Part shown: positions 28,134 through 36,710 of the stretch, piece after piece
How the letters are laid out: the number at the start of each line of letters is the position of its first letter
Position numbering within the stretch: position 1 is the first letter of the stretch
Virus record (IMG/VR): IMGVR_UViG_3300042691_029205
Coordinates: 14,911-78,910 of that record
Direction: 5' to 3' (one strand)
Source of the DNA: a virus
DNA length: 64,000 nucleotides
The notes under the pieces: model-generated
What the model saw: the letters and a program-made list of their open reading frames with translations, nothing else
The model's database searches: none
Told to the model about the DNA's origin: nothing
Program-made: the position numbers and the translations under genes

Positions 28134-28971
28134 TTTGTTTTTGTTACTTTCTGTTGGTTGTTCTCGTCAATTTGTTGATCCTGGTAACGTAGGAGTACAA
28201 GTTAATTTCTATGGAGAAGAAAAAGGGGTTGACGACAAAGTATTGACTAGCGGTGCTTATTGGTATAATTCATGGACTTCTAATATTTATGAATATCCAA
28301 CCTTTATGCAACAAGCCGTGTGGACACAAAGCTCAACAGAAGGAAGTCCTAACGATGAAAGCATATCCTTTAATAGTACAGAAGGATCACCAATCAATGT
28401 TGATGTTGGCGTAGCTTATGCTTTTAAAGCTGAAAAAGTGCCACATGTATTTAAGAAGTTTAGACAAGATGCTAACACGATTACTCATGGATATTTAAGG
28501 TCTAGAGTGCGAGATGCGTTTAATGAACACGCTTCCACATATAAAGCAGCCGATATTTTTGGTTCTGGTAAGGTTAAATTACTCAAAGAAGTAACCGAAA
28601 CGATTAAGACTCAATTAGCCGAAGAAGGATTTGAGATTGATAATATCTCATTTTTATCTAAGTTTAGAGTGGATTCTAACTTAGAGGCCGCTATAAATAG
28701 AACGATTCAAGCCTCTCAACAGGCTATTGAGGCTGAAAACAAGGTAAAACAGATCGAGGCAGAAGCCCAACAAGCTATAGCTAAAGCCAAGGGAACATCA
28801 GAGTCAGTGTTACTCGAAGCAAAGGCCAAGGCAGAAGCAAATATTATATTGGCGAAGTCAATTACTCCAGAATTAGTCCAATATGAAGCACTACAAAAAT
28901 GGGACGGTAAAATGCCTACATATATGGGTGGTGGTAGTAGTATGCCATTTATTACTGTCCCTGTTAAATAA
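28108..28971 (+). CDS. SPFH/band 7/prohibitin family lipoprotein
   Basis: LSVGC lipobox; VDPGNVGV; AEAQQAIAKAKG; KWDGKMP. Confidence 0.9.
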   Translation: MRKTLGLCSLFLLLSVGCSRQFVDPGNVGVQVNFYGEEKGVDDKVLTSGAYWYNSWTSNIYEYPTFMQQAVWTQSSTEGSPNDESISFNSTEGSPINVDVGVAYAFKAEKVPHVFKKFRQDANTITHGYLRSRVRDAFNEHASTYKAADIFGSGKVKLLKEVTETIKTQLAEEGFEIDNISFLSKFRVDSNLEAAINRTIQASQQAIEAENKVKQIEAEAQQAIAKAKGTSESVLLEAKAKAEANIILAKSITPELVQYEALQKWDGKMPTYMGGGSSMPFITVPVK

Positions 28972-28986
28972 CGAAAGGACAAATAT

Positions 28987-29193
28987 ATGTTTAATTTGAT
29001 TAATAATATTACGAAACCATTAGAAGAAATAGTTAAGTATATTGGTTTTACATGTGAATATACTTATAACAGATTGTATAATGCTAAGTCAAACCTACTA
29101 AAAGACTTACCGACAGATACGAATTGTGACTGGATTAATAAAAGAAACCAAGAATTGAATAAAATACCTCTATGTAAAAGCGTTAAAAGATAG
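28987..29193 (+). CDS. hypothetical protein
   Basis: AAGGA RBS. Confidence 0.55.
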   Translation: MFNLINNITKPLEEIVKYIGFTCEYTYNRLYNAKSNLLKDLPTDTNCDWINKRNQELNKIPLCKSVKR

Positions 29194-29199
29194 AGCTAT

Positions 29200-29330
29200 A
29201 TCGTTGCTAACCACAACTAGCCTAAATCCCAGGTGAATGGTACTTGAGTGTACGGGATACGACGAGTCTGACGACTGTGGTGGTCGCTAGATGGCCTTCG
29301 TTGGAGTAAGTAGGTAGCGACACTTACATT
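29200..29330 (+). ncRNA. candidate structured ncRNA with H-type pseudoknot
   Basis: GC-richer intergenic segment; ATCCC/GGGAT, CCACA/TGTGG, GTCGCTA/TAGCGAC crossed by GTAAGT/ACTTAC. Confidence 0.4.
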
Positions 29331-29332
29331 AA

Positions 29333-29405
29333 CCACTAAGTAGCTTAATTGCTGGTAAAGCGGCTCTTGGCCAGAGAGAAGAGGATTCAAACGCCTCCTA
29401 GTGGA
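29333..29405 (+). tRNA. degenerate tRNA-like element (identity uncertain, GCC or GGC in loop)
   Basis: CCACTA/TAGTGG acceptor, GCTT/AAGC D-stem with TGGTA, CTCT/AGAG anticodon stem, GAGG..TTCAAAC..CCTC T-arm; several mismatches. Confidence 0.45.
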
Positions 29406-29633
29406 CTTATGAAAATCAATAATAAATTTAAACAAGCCTGTAAAAAAGCAACTAAAGAAATCAAAAGATTAGCTAAGACAGGTTATCCTGTAGAAGAACT
29501 TGGTTTAAATCGTTACTTGCAGAATAAAAGAACACATAAATAATATCTAATAAATCAGGTAAAAATTATACTGAATCGCTGTTGAATTTAATATTAGTTA
29601 CGCTAAAGCACATTCATTAGTAAAGAGGTACTT

Positions 29634-30203
29634 ATGCAGGTATTCCTAGATATGGACGGAGTTTTAGCAGATTTCCCGTCTGCCGTGTGCAACGCACACA
29701 ATCGCCCAAATCCATATACTGATCCAAATAACTTTGGCAAAGATATATTAGAGTGCTGGCCCGATATGTGTAAAAAAGACTACTGGCTTCCAGCGGAGTT
29801 TGATTTTTGGGCTAATCTTAAACCGCTGCCTGATTTTGAAGAATTGATCGGTATTATTAAGGAATTCGTCCCGCTCGAAGAAGTCTGTATTTTAACCTCT
29901 CCAAGTCGTAATCGCGGCTGTAAGCCTGGAAAACTCAAGTGGATAGAAAAATACTTACCAGAAATCAGCGAGAAAAACATCTTTTTCTGTTCTGAAAAAT
30001 GGCGGTTTGCCCTTGACAAAGACGGAAAACAGAATATACTTATTGATGACACATCTAAGAAAACCGAGCCTTTTATCAAGGCTGGTGGCGAAGCATATTT
30101 AGTGCCTCGTCCTTGGAATCATCATTTTATTTGGCGTGATGAACCATACGAATTATTACCAAAAATTTTAAAAGATTGGATGAAGGCGAACAAAAATGTC
30201 TGA
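29634..30203 (+). CDS. 5'(3')-deoxyribonucleotidase (NT5C-like HAD)
   Basis: FLDMDGVLADF, ILTSP, GKLKW, LIDD, PWN. Confidence 0.85.
   Translation: MQVFLDMDGVLADFPSAVCNAHNRPNPYTDPNNFGKDILECWPDMCKKDYWLPAEFDFWANLKPLPDFEELIGIIKEFVPLEEVCILTSPSRNRGCKPGKLKWIEKYLPEISEKNIFFCSEKWRFALDKDGKQNILIDDTSKKTEPFIKAGGEAYLVPRPWNHHFIWRDEPYELLPKILKDWMKANKNV
30013..30040 (+). promoter_or_regulatory. sigma70-type promoter (intragenic)
   Basis: TTGACA-16-TATACT. Confidence 0.55.
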
Positions 30204-30269
30204 AGCTATGAAACTATTCAAACAAAGATAAGAACGAACTTTTTTCCTTTTCTAAAATGGATTAATATT

Positions 30270-31577
30270 ATGATTACTAAAATTTACCCAGGTTCTATCA
30301 ATTATACCTGCACTGTTGTAAAATTACCGCACAAGCAAGTTATTCAGGGTTTAGACAACCTTGTTAATGTTTGTATATTTGGTAATAACTGTCTAATTTC
30401 TAAAGACTCTGATGAAAATAAGCTCTGGCTGTTCTTTCCTTCTGGTACTATATTATCAGAGAAATTTTTGGCCGCAAATAACTTATATCGTCACTCTGAG
30501 CTAAACGCGGATAAGACCAAAAAGGGCTTCTTTGAAGATAACGGTCGTGTTAAGTCTGTTAAGTTTAAGGGTGTAGTATCTACCGGATTTTGTATTCCCG
30601 TTTCTGCATTAGGAGAGATGGGACTTGTATATACAGATTTGAATGTTGGTGACGAGTTTAATGAGATTGATAATGAATTTATCTGTAAAAAGTTTATAAA
30701 TCGCCACTTAGAATCATCTAAGTCTCCAAAGATTAAGACTGGTCGTGTATTAGATGAAGTAGTTAATTCACGTTTAGTACCTGAGCATGACGATTCATCT
30801 CATTTAATGCGTAATACTCGAAAGATGGATAGAAATCCAATTGTAGCTGTAACACATAAAATGCACGGCACAAGTTTACGGGTGTTTAAAGCACCAGTAA
30901 AGCGTCCATTACGTTGGTATGAACGCCTGTATGCATATTTTGGCGGAAAAATACAAGATGAAGTCTATGACTATGTTGTAGGTTCTCGTCGTGTAATTAA
31001 GTCTATTGGATTTAAGACTTTGAGTGGTAAAGAACACTTCTACTCCGAGGATTTGTGGTCAAAAGCAGCAAAAGAATACTTTGATGGCAAATTGTTCGAT
31101 GGAGAAGCTGTTTTTTGTGAAATCGTAGGTAAGGACTATACGAAAAAGGCAATACAACCTGGATATACTTATGGCTTTGAAACGCCTAAGATTTTTATCT
31201 ATCGTATTGCTAATATTAATCATCAAGGTGTAGAAGTTGATCTTCCATATGCTCAGATGAAAATTAGAGCAGATCAATTAGGTATACCTGTTTGCCAAGA
31301 GTTATTTTATGGTCGTTTTAATGATTTTTTAGAGCAATTTAAAGCTGAAGGAAATACATTAGACGAAAAAATAGAAGATGTTTTCTATAAAAAGCTACTT
31401 GATAAACCTGATCCTGTTGACCCAACTGTGGTTAATGAGGGTTATGTTGTGCGTATAGATGATATTTATCCAAAACCAGAAATGTTAAAGGCTAAATCTC
31501 CTTTGTTTATCAAGGGCGAATCGGATTTAGCAGACAAAGGTAACTTAGATATAGAGGATCAACAAAGTGAAGAATGA
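30270..31577 (+). CDS. ATP-dependent RNA ligase (Rnl2/DRB0094-like, N-terminal OB-type domain)
   Basis: motif I KMHGTS, CEIVG, FIYRI, EGYVVR, LKAKS. Confidence 0.85.
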   Translation: MITKIYPGSINYTCTVVKLPHKQVIQGLDNLVNVCIFGNNCLISKDSDENKLWLFFPSGTILSEKFLAANNLYRHSELNADKTKKGFFEDNGRVKSVKFKGVVSTGFCIPVSALGEMGLVYTDLNVGDEFNEIDNEFICKKFINRHLESSKSPKIKTGRVLDEVVNSRLVPEHDDSSHLMRNTRKMDRNPIVAVTHKMHGTSLRVFKAPVKRPLRWYERLYAYFGGKIQDEVYDYVVGSRRVIKSIGFKTLSGKEHFYSEDLWSKAAKEYFDGKLFDGEAVFCEIVGKDYTKKAIQPGYTYGFETPKIFIYRIANINHQGVEVDLPYAQMKIRADQLGIPVCQELFYGRFNDFLEQFKAEGNTLDEKIEDVFYKKLLDKPDPVDPTVVNEGYVVRIDDIYPKPEMLKAKSPLFIKGESDLADKGNLDIEDQQSEE

Positions 31578-32169
31578 TTATATGTCTCTATCGGATATCC
31601 AGAAGGAAATGGACTTTTGGATTAATTATAACCAGCCTCCAAAAGACTTTAAACACAAAGCCTTTTATGTAGATTTTTTCGATTTTAAACAGGTGAGTGG
31701 CGACTGTTTAGAGATTGGATGTGCTGGTTCTCCGTTTATTAGTTATGCAGATGAAGTTAATCCATATTTAAATCTAGAATTACTAGACCCACTTATGGAT
31801 GAAATAGTTCGTATTCCTAAGTATTCATATTTAGAAAAGTATACACGGTATCAGACTTCTCTACTTGATTTTAGAACATGGCAATCATATGATTATATTA
31901 TTTGTTTGAATGTATTAGATCATTTTGGTCAGGCACATGTAAATTTCCTCAATAAAATTTTTAATTTATTAAAAGTCGGCGGCTATTTATACTTGTACTA
32001 TGATATTCGGCCAAAATATTTAGACGGGCATTATCCAATAGATCACCTAGCTGTACATAATCATATAAGCAATATATATAATATACGCAAAGAATCTCTG
32101 GATGTAAATCCTGTTCATAACGGTTGGTCTGGTGTGCGATCTTCTTATAGAGGTGTATTGCAGAAATGA
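31567..32169 (+). CDS. class I SAM-dependent methyltransferase
   Basis: LEIGCAG, LDPL, YDYIICLNVLDH, LKVGG. Confidence 0.8.
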   Translation: MKNDYMSLSDIQKEMDFWINYNQPPKDFKHKAFYVDFFDFKQVSGDCLEIGCAGSPFISYADEVNPYLNLELLDPLMDEIVRIPKYSYLEKYTRYQTSLLDFRTWQSYDYIICLNVLDHFGQAHVNFLNKIFNLLKVGGYLYLYYDIRPKYLDGHYPIDHLAVHNHISNIYNIRKESLDVNPVHNGWSGVRSSYRGVLQK

Positions 32170-32735
32170 ATGTCTTATTAGATTGTGGTAGCCACTTTTT
32201 TGAGGGTCTTTATAAACTCGACAAAATCTATCATTTTGGTAATTATTGGCGGATTGTTTGTTTTGAAGCTAATCCTGAAACATATAACCAATCACTAAAT
32301 AATAAGCCCAATTTTAAGAATTTAGATATTAATAATATAGCTATTTCAGATAAATCCGACTTTGTGATAGTCAATTGCGACAAAGACTATGGAGAAGGTT
32401 CTAATATATTAGAATATCCACCAGTTAATGACATAGTATATGGGAATACTTTTAATTTTAATAGACGGGAGATTTGTTCAGAGGATATAGTTGACTCTAT
32501 AGATTATGAAAACCTAACACCTCATGATAAACTTTTCATTAAGTTGGATATCGAAGGCTCAGAGTATCGAGTTATTCACCGTCTTATTGAAACCGGCTAC
32601 TATAAAAAGATAGACACTCTCTATGTTGAATTTCACGACAGGTTTTTTGAAGCTAGAGAATATTACCAACAGCTTAATCGGTTATACGTTGATTTTTTAA
32701 CCAAGAGCGGCGTTAAAGTTGTACTTTGGGATTAA
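32166..32735 (+). CDS. FkbM-family methyltransferase
   Basis: LDCGSH, FEANP, KLDIEGSEY, VEFH. Confidence 0.9.
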   Translation: MNVLLDCGSHFFEGLYKLDKIYHFGNYWRIVCFEANPETYNQSLNNKPNFKNLDINNIAISDKSDFVIVNCDKDYGEGSNILEYPPVNDIVYGNTFNFNRREICSEDIVDSIDYENLTPHDKLFIKLDIEGSEYRVIHRLIETGYYKKIDTLYVEFHDRFFEAREYYQQLNRLYVDFLTKSGVKVVLWD

Positions 32736-32736
32736 T

Positions 32737-33408
32737 ATGAAACTATATACATTGTTTACCGATAGTCACTCTGAATTACTACAGCGGTATTTTTTACCGT
32801 CTTTATTTAAAGTATTGCCGATTTTAGAAGTAGTTGTGAAAAAAGTGCCGCAGTTATGTGAAACGGCCACATATGGAGAAAACGGCTGGTTCGAGACAAT
32901 GCTTCGTAAAGCAGAGTATCATATTCAATCTTGCGAAGAGACGATGGGCGGCTATTTTATTTATATGGACTGCGACATTCAATTTTTCCGGCCATTTTTA
33001 CATGAAATGTTGGTGGAAATAAACGCCGGAGACTATGATTTAGCGTGCCAGGACGACGTTTTTCCTTTTGGGAACCGACCAACCTACTGTGCTGGACTTT
33101 TTATCTGTAAATCTTCGGATAGAACTTTACGATTTTTCAAATCCTTATATAATAGTATGTTGGCTAATCAGCGACACAAAGATCGTTACACCGACCAAAT
33201 TGCCTTAAACGAAAATTTAGATCAGATTAAACACAGCTTACTTTCACATCGATTTTATACTATTGCTCATAGTAAGCCCAAACTATGGAATCAGGATTAC
33301 AACATTCAAATTCCTAATGATTTGTTAGTACATCATGCTAACTGGACACATGGTATTGAGAATAAGATATCATTATTGAACTTCGTTAAAGAACGACAAA
33401 ATGTTTAG
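32737..33408 (+). CDS. nucleotide-diphospho-sugar transferase (GT77-like)
   Basis: YMDCDIQF, CAGLF, DQIALN, HHANW. Confidence 0.8.
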   Translation: MKLYTLFTDSHSELLQRYFLPSLFKVLPILEVVVKKVPQLCETATYGENGWFETMLRKAEYHIQSCEETMGGYFIYMDCDIQFFRPFLHEMLVEINAGDYDLACQDDVFPFGNRPTYCAGLFICKSSDRTLRFFKSLYNSMLANQRHKDRYTDQIALNENLDQIKHSLLSHRFYTIAHSKPKLWNQDYNIQIPNDLLVHHANWTHGIENKISLLNFVKERQNV

Positions 33409-33784
33409 TTATTTGTTTAAATTTTTTAATTCATTATATTATTACTTTTTCCCGACATCTAAAAGACAGGGAATTAAGTATTATTATAATGTATTAGTAT
33501 ATATAACAAAAAAAGACCATCAATTTAAATGCAATGAAATAGATAATGTTTTTGGTATTATAAAATTAAAGGATAAAAACCGTAAAGTTTATTATCTTCC
33601 TATATCTGATAAGTTAGATAAAACTGTAGATGAATGTATAAATGAATATTGCAGAGTGAATAATAAGATTACCTGTTTTGTGTATCTTTTTTATTTTAAT
33701 GATAAATTGGTTAATGTGTATGTAACCAACGAAATTGACTTAACCTGTGAAGGTTGTCAGTTAATGAAAGAAGTTTTATTATAA
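33401..33784 (+). CDS. hypothetical protein
   Basis: ORF. Confidence 0.5.
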   Translation: MFSYLFKFFNSLYYYFFPTSKRQGIKYYYNVLVYITKKDHQFKCNEIDNVFGIIKLKDKNRKVYYLPISDKLDKTVDECINEYCRVNNKITCFVYLFYFNDKLVNVYVTNEIDLTCEGCQLMKEVLL

Positions 33785-33795
33785 AGGGTTTAATC

Positions 33796-34218
33796 ATGGC
33801 TAGTTTTAACAATGTTGTTTTGGTTGGAAATGTAACAAGAGACGTAGAAGTACGCTATACACCAGGAGGGGCTGCTGTTACTGATATTGGATTAGCAGTA
33901 AATGAGCGGTATAAGAAGGGTGATGAATGGATGGAAGAAACCGTCTTTGTGGATGTTACTTTATGGGGTCGTCAAGCAGAAGTAGCAGGCGAATATCTAA
34001 CTAAAGGTTCCCCTGTTTTAATTCAAGGAAAGTTGCGTCTCGATTCTTGGGAACAAGATGGACAAAAACGATCTAAACTCAAGGTTGTAGCAGATACGAT
34101 GCAGCTTTTAGGGTCTAAGAAGGATAAAGTAGAAGGTGAAAGCGAACCAGAACCAAAGACCGCTAAACCTAAAAAGAAGGCTACTAAGGATAGTGATACT
34201 GAGGAAGTGCCTTTTTAA
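33796..34218 (+). CDS. ssb: single-stranded DNA-binding protein
   Basis: MASFNNVVLVGNVTRDVEVRYTPGG...WGRQAE...acidic tail EEVPF. Confidence 0.95.
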   Translation: MASFNNVVLVGNVTRDVEVRYTPGGAAVTDIGLAVNERYKKGDEWMEETVFVDVTLWGRQAEVAGEYLTKGSPVLIQGKLRLDSWEQDGQKRSKLKVVADTMQLLGSKKDKVEGESEPEPKTAKPKKKATKDSDTEEVPF

Positions 34219-34231
34219 CAACGGTGGTATA

Positions 34232-34411
34232 ATGGGATCAACCTGTTGGGATGAAAATATTAGGCTCGCTGAAAAAGTTGGCGAGCTAGAAGTCTCTCTT
34301 AAAAAAGAGCGGGATTATAATATTGAATTAAGATCACAAATTCATGATCTTGAGATAGAACTAGCCTCTCTAAGAGATTCTCCAACTGTTAGATTTTTTC
34401 GGGAAGATTAA
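34232..34411 (+). CDS. small coiled-coil protein
   Basis: ATG at 34232; heptad pattern. Confidence 0.5.
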   Translation: MGSTCWDENIRLAEKVGELEVSLKKERDYNIELRSQIHDLEIELASLRDSPTVRFFRED

Positions 34412-34930
34412 ATGAGCACAAAAATCATTAATCTATTAGCGTCTCCGTGTAAGGGTAAATCGTCATTATCCCACTCTATTGTCGGTGAAATGAAGAAATT
34501 ACACTTACATGTAGAACATGTCTCCGAGTATCCAAAAGAGCTAGTTTATTCTGGTCGGCTGCATGATTTGTCGTGTCAACCGGCTGTTTTTGGGCGAATG
34601 TTGGAAAAAATCTGGCTTTTATATGATAAAGTGGACTATATAGTAGTAGATGGCAGCTTGTTGTTGTCTGCGGTGTATGGTACTGATGTATGGCCAACTA
34701 GTTTCCAGCGTTCGGTAATAGATATTTATAACTCGTTTAATAACTTAAACTTCTATTTACAAGGAAGCTATACACCTTATAAACAAGAAGGGCGGCTGTC
34801 TGAGCATAGCCAACGAGATATAGATTCAGAAATTTTACGTTTGTTGGTTATGGAAGATATTAAATTTATTTCCCTGCCAATAGACACAGATCGCGTTAGT
34901 ACAATACTAAACTATGTTTTACACCAATAG
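34412..34930 (+). CDS. P-loop ATPase/kinase, NadR/AAA_28-like
   Basis: INLLASPCKGKS, EYPKELV, DYIVVDGSLLL, EGR. Confidence 0.7.
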   Translation: MSTKIINLLASPCKGKSSLSHSIVGEMKKLHLHVEHVSEYPKELVYSGRLHDLSCQPAVFGRMLEKIWLLYDKVDYIVVDGSLLLSAVYGTDVWPTSFQRSVIDIYNSFNNLNFYLQGSYTPYKQEGRLSEHSQRDIDSEILRLLVMEDIKFISLPIDTDRVSTILNYVLHQ

Positions 34931-34950
34931 AAAGTAGAGATTGAATTATT

Positions 34951-35304
34951 ATGGCAATGTCTGATGTTAATATTAATGTTATTATGGGTAATTTAACTCA
35001 CGACCCTAAATTGAGTTATACTCCTGGTAACACACCATTTTGCAATGCACAAATCGCAAGTAATTGGAACAAAGGCCCGAAACCTGCTGTATTGTTTCAG
35101 GAAATTCGGCTTTACGGGACTACTGCTGAGTTGCTGGTCAAAGAAGGCTATAAAGGTAAGAAAATTCAAGTTACAGGCCACTTAGAAACTAAGTCGTTTG
35201 AAGAAGACGACGGTAAAAAGTTATCGAAAAACGTATTATATGTAGAAGACCTCAAGTTTATAGGTGGTCCTGCTGAGAAGCAAGACTATGACTCAGTTAA
35301 TTAA
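34951..35304 (+). CDS. second, divergent SSB-family OB-fold protein
   Basis: MGNLTHDPKLSYTPG, YGTTAE, KGKKIQVTGHL; no PF tail. Confidence 0.8.
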   Translation: MAMSDVNINVIMGNLTHDPKLSYTPGNTPFCNAQIASNWNKGPKPAVLFQEIRLYGTTAELLVKEGYKGKKIQVTGHLETKSFEEDDGKKLSKNVLYVEDLKFIGGPAEKQDYDSVN

Positions 35305-35602
35305 ACTCCTGATCTTTATTTTTCGGTTTAAAAATTATATGGATGAAACACCAGTAGATAATCCAGAACAGCCCACAAAAAAACCCAAAAAACCCAAAAA
35401 GGCTAATAGTACACAACTACGAGCTTGGTGGGATAAGCATAAAAATAAGCTATATATTGTTGCGGCTATTCTTGGTGCTATTGGTGTATCGAACGCAGAT
35501 CGTTTAGATATTGTCTATATTCTAGAGTCGGCCTTAACTGTTCCCGAAAGACTTGACAATCTCGAAGAACGTGTTAAAATACTAGAAGAGAAAACAAAGT
35601 AA
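35288..35602 (+). CDS. membrane protein with C-terminal coiled coil
   Basis: LYIVAAILGAIGV; RLDNLEERVKILE; start uncertain. Confidence 0.55.
   Translation: MTQLIKLLIFIFRFKNYMDETPVDNPEQPTKKPKKPKKANSTQLRAWWDKHKNKLYIVAAILGAIGVSNADRLDIVYILESALTVPERLDNLEERVKILEEKTK
35553..35580 (+). promoter_or_regulatory. sigma70-type promoter directly upstream of the RNA-gene cluster
   Basis: TTGACA-16-TAAAAT with extended TG. Confidence 0.65.
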
Positions 35603-35604
35603 TT

Positions 35605-35912
35605 TACTAGTAACAACGTCATTCCATCGTTGTAAAACTCATGGAGTCCACCAGGGACAAAAAGCTGGTAGTCTAAAACTCCGTAAATAAGACTTTAAAA
35701 GTGGACGGTAGGACTTTAGTGTTAATGGTAGCACAACGCCATTAATAAGGCGTAAGATCGGTTCGATTCCGAATGTCTGTTTACAGTACCAGCTATCCCT
35801 CTAGGTGTATTATGACTAGTCGCACCAATGGAAATAATGGGCTGGTCAATGGAGGTTAGATCATTCCTCAAAAATGACCTGTTTGTGGTGATGTTCAGTA
35901 AAAACTTCACTT
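35605..35912 (+). ncRNA. candidate large structured ncRNA enclosing a tRNA-like domain
   Basis: ACAACG/CGTTGT, GTCCAC/GTGGAC, AGGGA/TCCCT, AGCTGGTA/TACCAGCT, AGTCT/AGACT, GGTCA/TGACC, GAGG/CCTC pairings. Confidence 0.5.
35710..35780 (+). tRNA. atypical tRNA-like cloverleaf with 8-nt anticodon loop (ATTAATAA)
   Basis: D-arm GTGT-TAATGGTA-GCAC, stem ACGCC/GGCGT, T-arm TCGG-TTCGATT-CCGA, weak acceptor GGAC/GTCT. Confidence 0.55.
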
Positions 35913-35917
35913 AATAC

Positions 35918-35990
35918 TGCGAGTGGAGGGTGTGGTCATCCAAGGTGTCTCATAAGCACCAAAAATGTAGTTCGATTCTACAATTCGCAA
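35918..35990 (+). tRNA. tRNA with CAU anticodon (Met or lysidine-Ile2)
   Basis: TGCGAGT/ATTCGCA acceptor, GGTGT-CTCATAA-GCACC, TGTAG-TTCGATT-CTACA; D-arm atypical; no encoded CCA. Confidence 0.8.
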
Positions 35991-35994
35991 CTAA

Positions 35995-36067
35995 GCGTCT
36001 ATAGTGTTCAACGGCAGCATGTTAGTCTTCCAAACTAAAAGTTTCAGTTCAAATCTGAATAGACGCT
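35995..36067 (+). tRNA. tRNA-Gly(UCC)
   Basis: GCGTCTA/TAGACGC acceptor, U discriminator, TTAGT-CTTCCAA-ACTAA, TTCAG-TTCAAAT-CTGAA. Confidence 0.9.
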
Positions 36068-36092
36068 CTGTTTTAAATTAAAGGAGAATAAA

Positions 36093-36692
36093 GTGGATTA
36101 TAAGTCAAATATTGATAAAAACAAAGAACGAATTTACGAAGCAATTTCTAATATTGATCCAACTTATGCTATTAAAGTTTTAGCGGACACATTATTTAGA
36201 AATTATCCACAGTTTGAAATTTGGACCGGCTCTGGTTCCTATAATTCTCATCATTATGGAAAAGGTGGCTTATTACAACATACTAGAGAGGTTCTAGAAC
36301 TATGTATTCAAAATTATGGGTATTTAACTTCAGACGAACCAATTAATAATTTTCACGATCTAAAAATACTTGTTCTTGGTGCTCTATATCATGACGTTGG
36401 TAAGATTTGGGATTATGGGCCAAAAGATGGTGGTTTAAATTGGGAAAATACAAACCATAAAAAAGAAATTCATCATGTTCCTCGATCATATCTAGAGTGG
36501 AACAGGGTGGCTACAGAACTTAGTTTATCCGAAGAAGTAACCGATGAGGTTTCTCATTTAATACTATCTCATCATGGTTGTAAAGAATGGGGTTCGCCAG
36601 TAGAGCCACGTAATAAATTAGCATGGATATTACATCTTTCTGATAATATGTCGGCTAAATTCAACTGTCCAATTCACATACCACAAAAATAA
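36093..36692 (+). CDS. HD-domain hydrolase, YhaM-like (no OB domain)
   Basis: HHYGKGGLLQHT, YHDVGK, ILSHHG..EWGSP, LHLSDNMSA. Confidence 0.85.
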   Translation: MDYKSNIDKNKERIYEAISNIDPTYAIKVLADTLFRNYPQFEIWTGSGSYNSHHYGKGGLLQHTREVLELCIQNYGYLTSDEPINNFHDLKILVLGALYHDVGKIWDYGPKDGGLNWENTNHKKEIHHVPRSYLEWNRVATELSLSEEVTDEVSHLILSHHGCKEWGSPVEPRNKLAWILHLSDNMSAKFNCPIHIPQK

Positions 36693-36710
36693 GTTCTACA
36701 GCGTTTAAGT

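Noticed and set aside
29260-29330. Hammerhead or HDV/theta ribozyme
   Set aside because: CTGACGA is present but there is no matching GAAA core; the pseudoknot lacks HDV P3/P4 elements
29349-29543. 64-aa ORF from TTG at 29349
   Set aside because: Its 5' part overlaps the tRNA-like element; only a short basic ORF from 29409 is plausible and it is unsupported
35605-35917. tmRNA
   Set aside because: No GGGG 5' end or terminal T-arm/CCA acceptor and no convincing tag ORF; the tRNA-like part is internal and has a full anticodon arm
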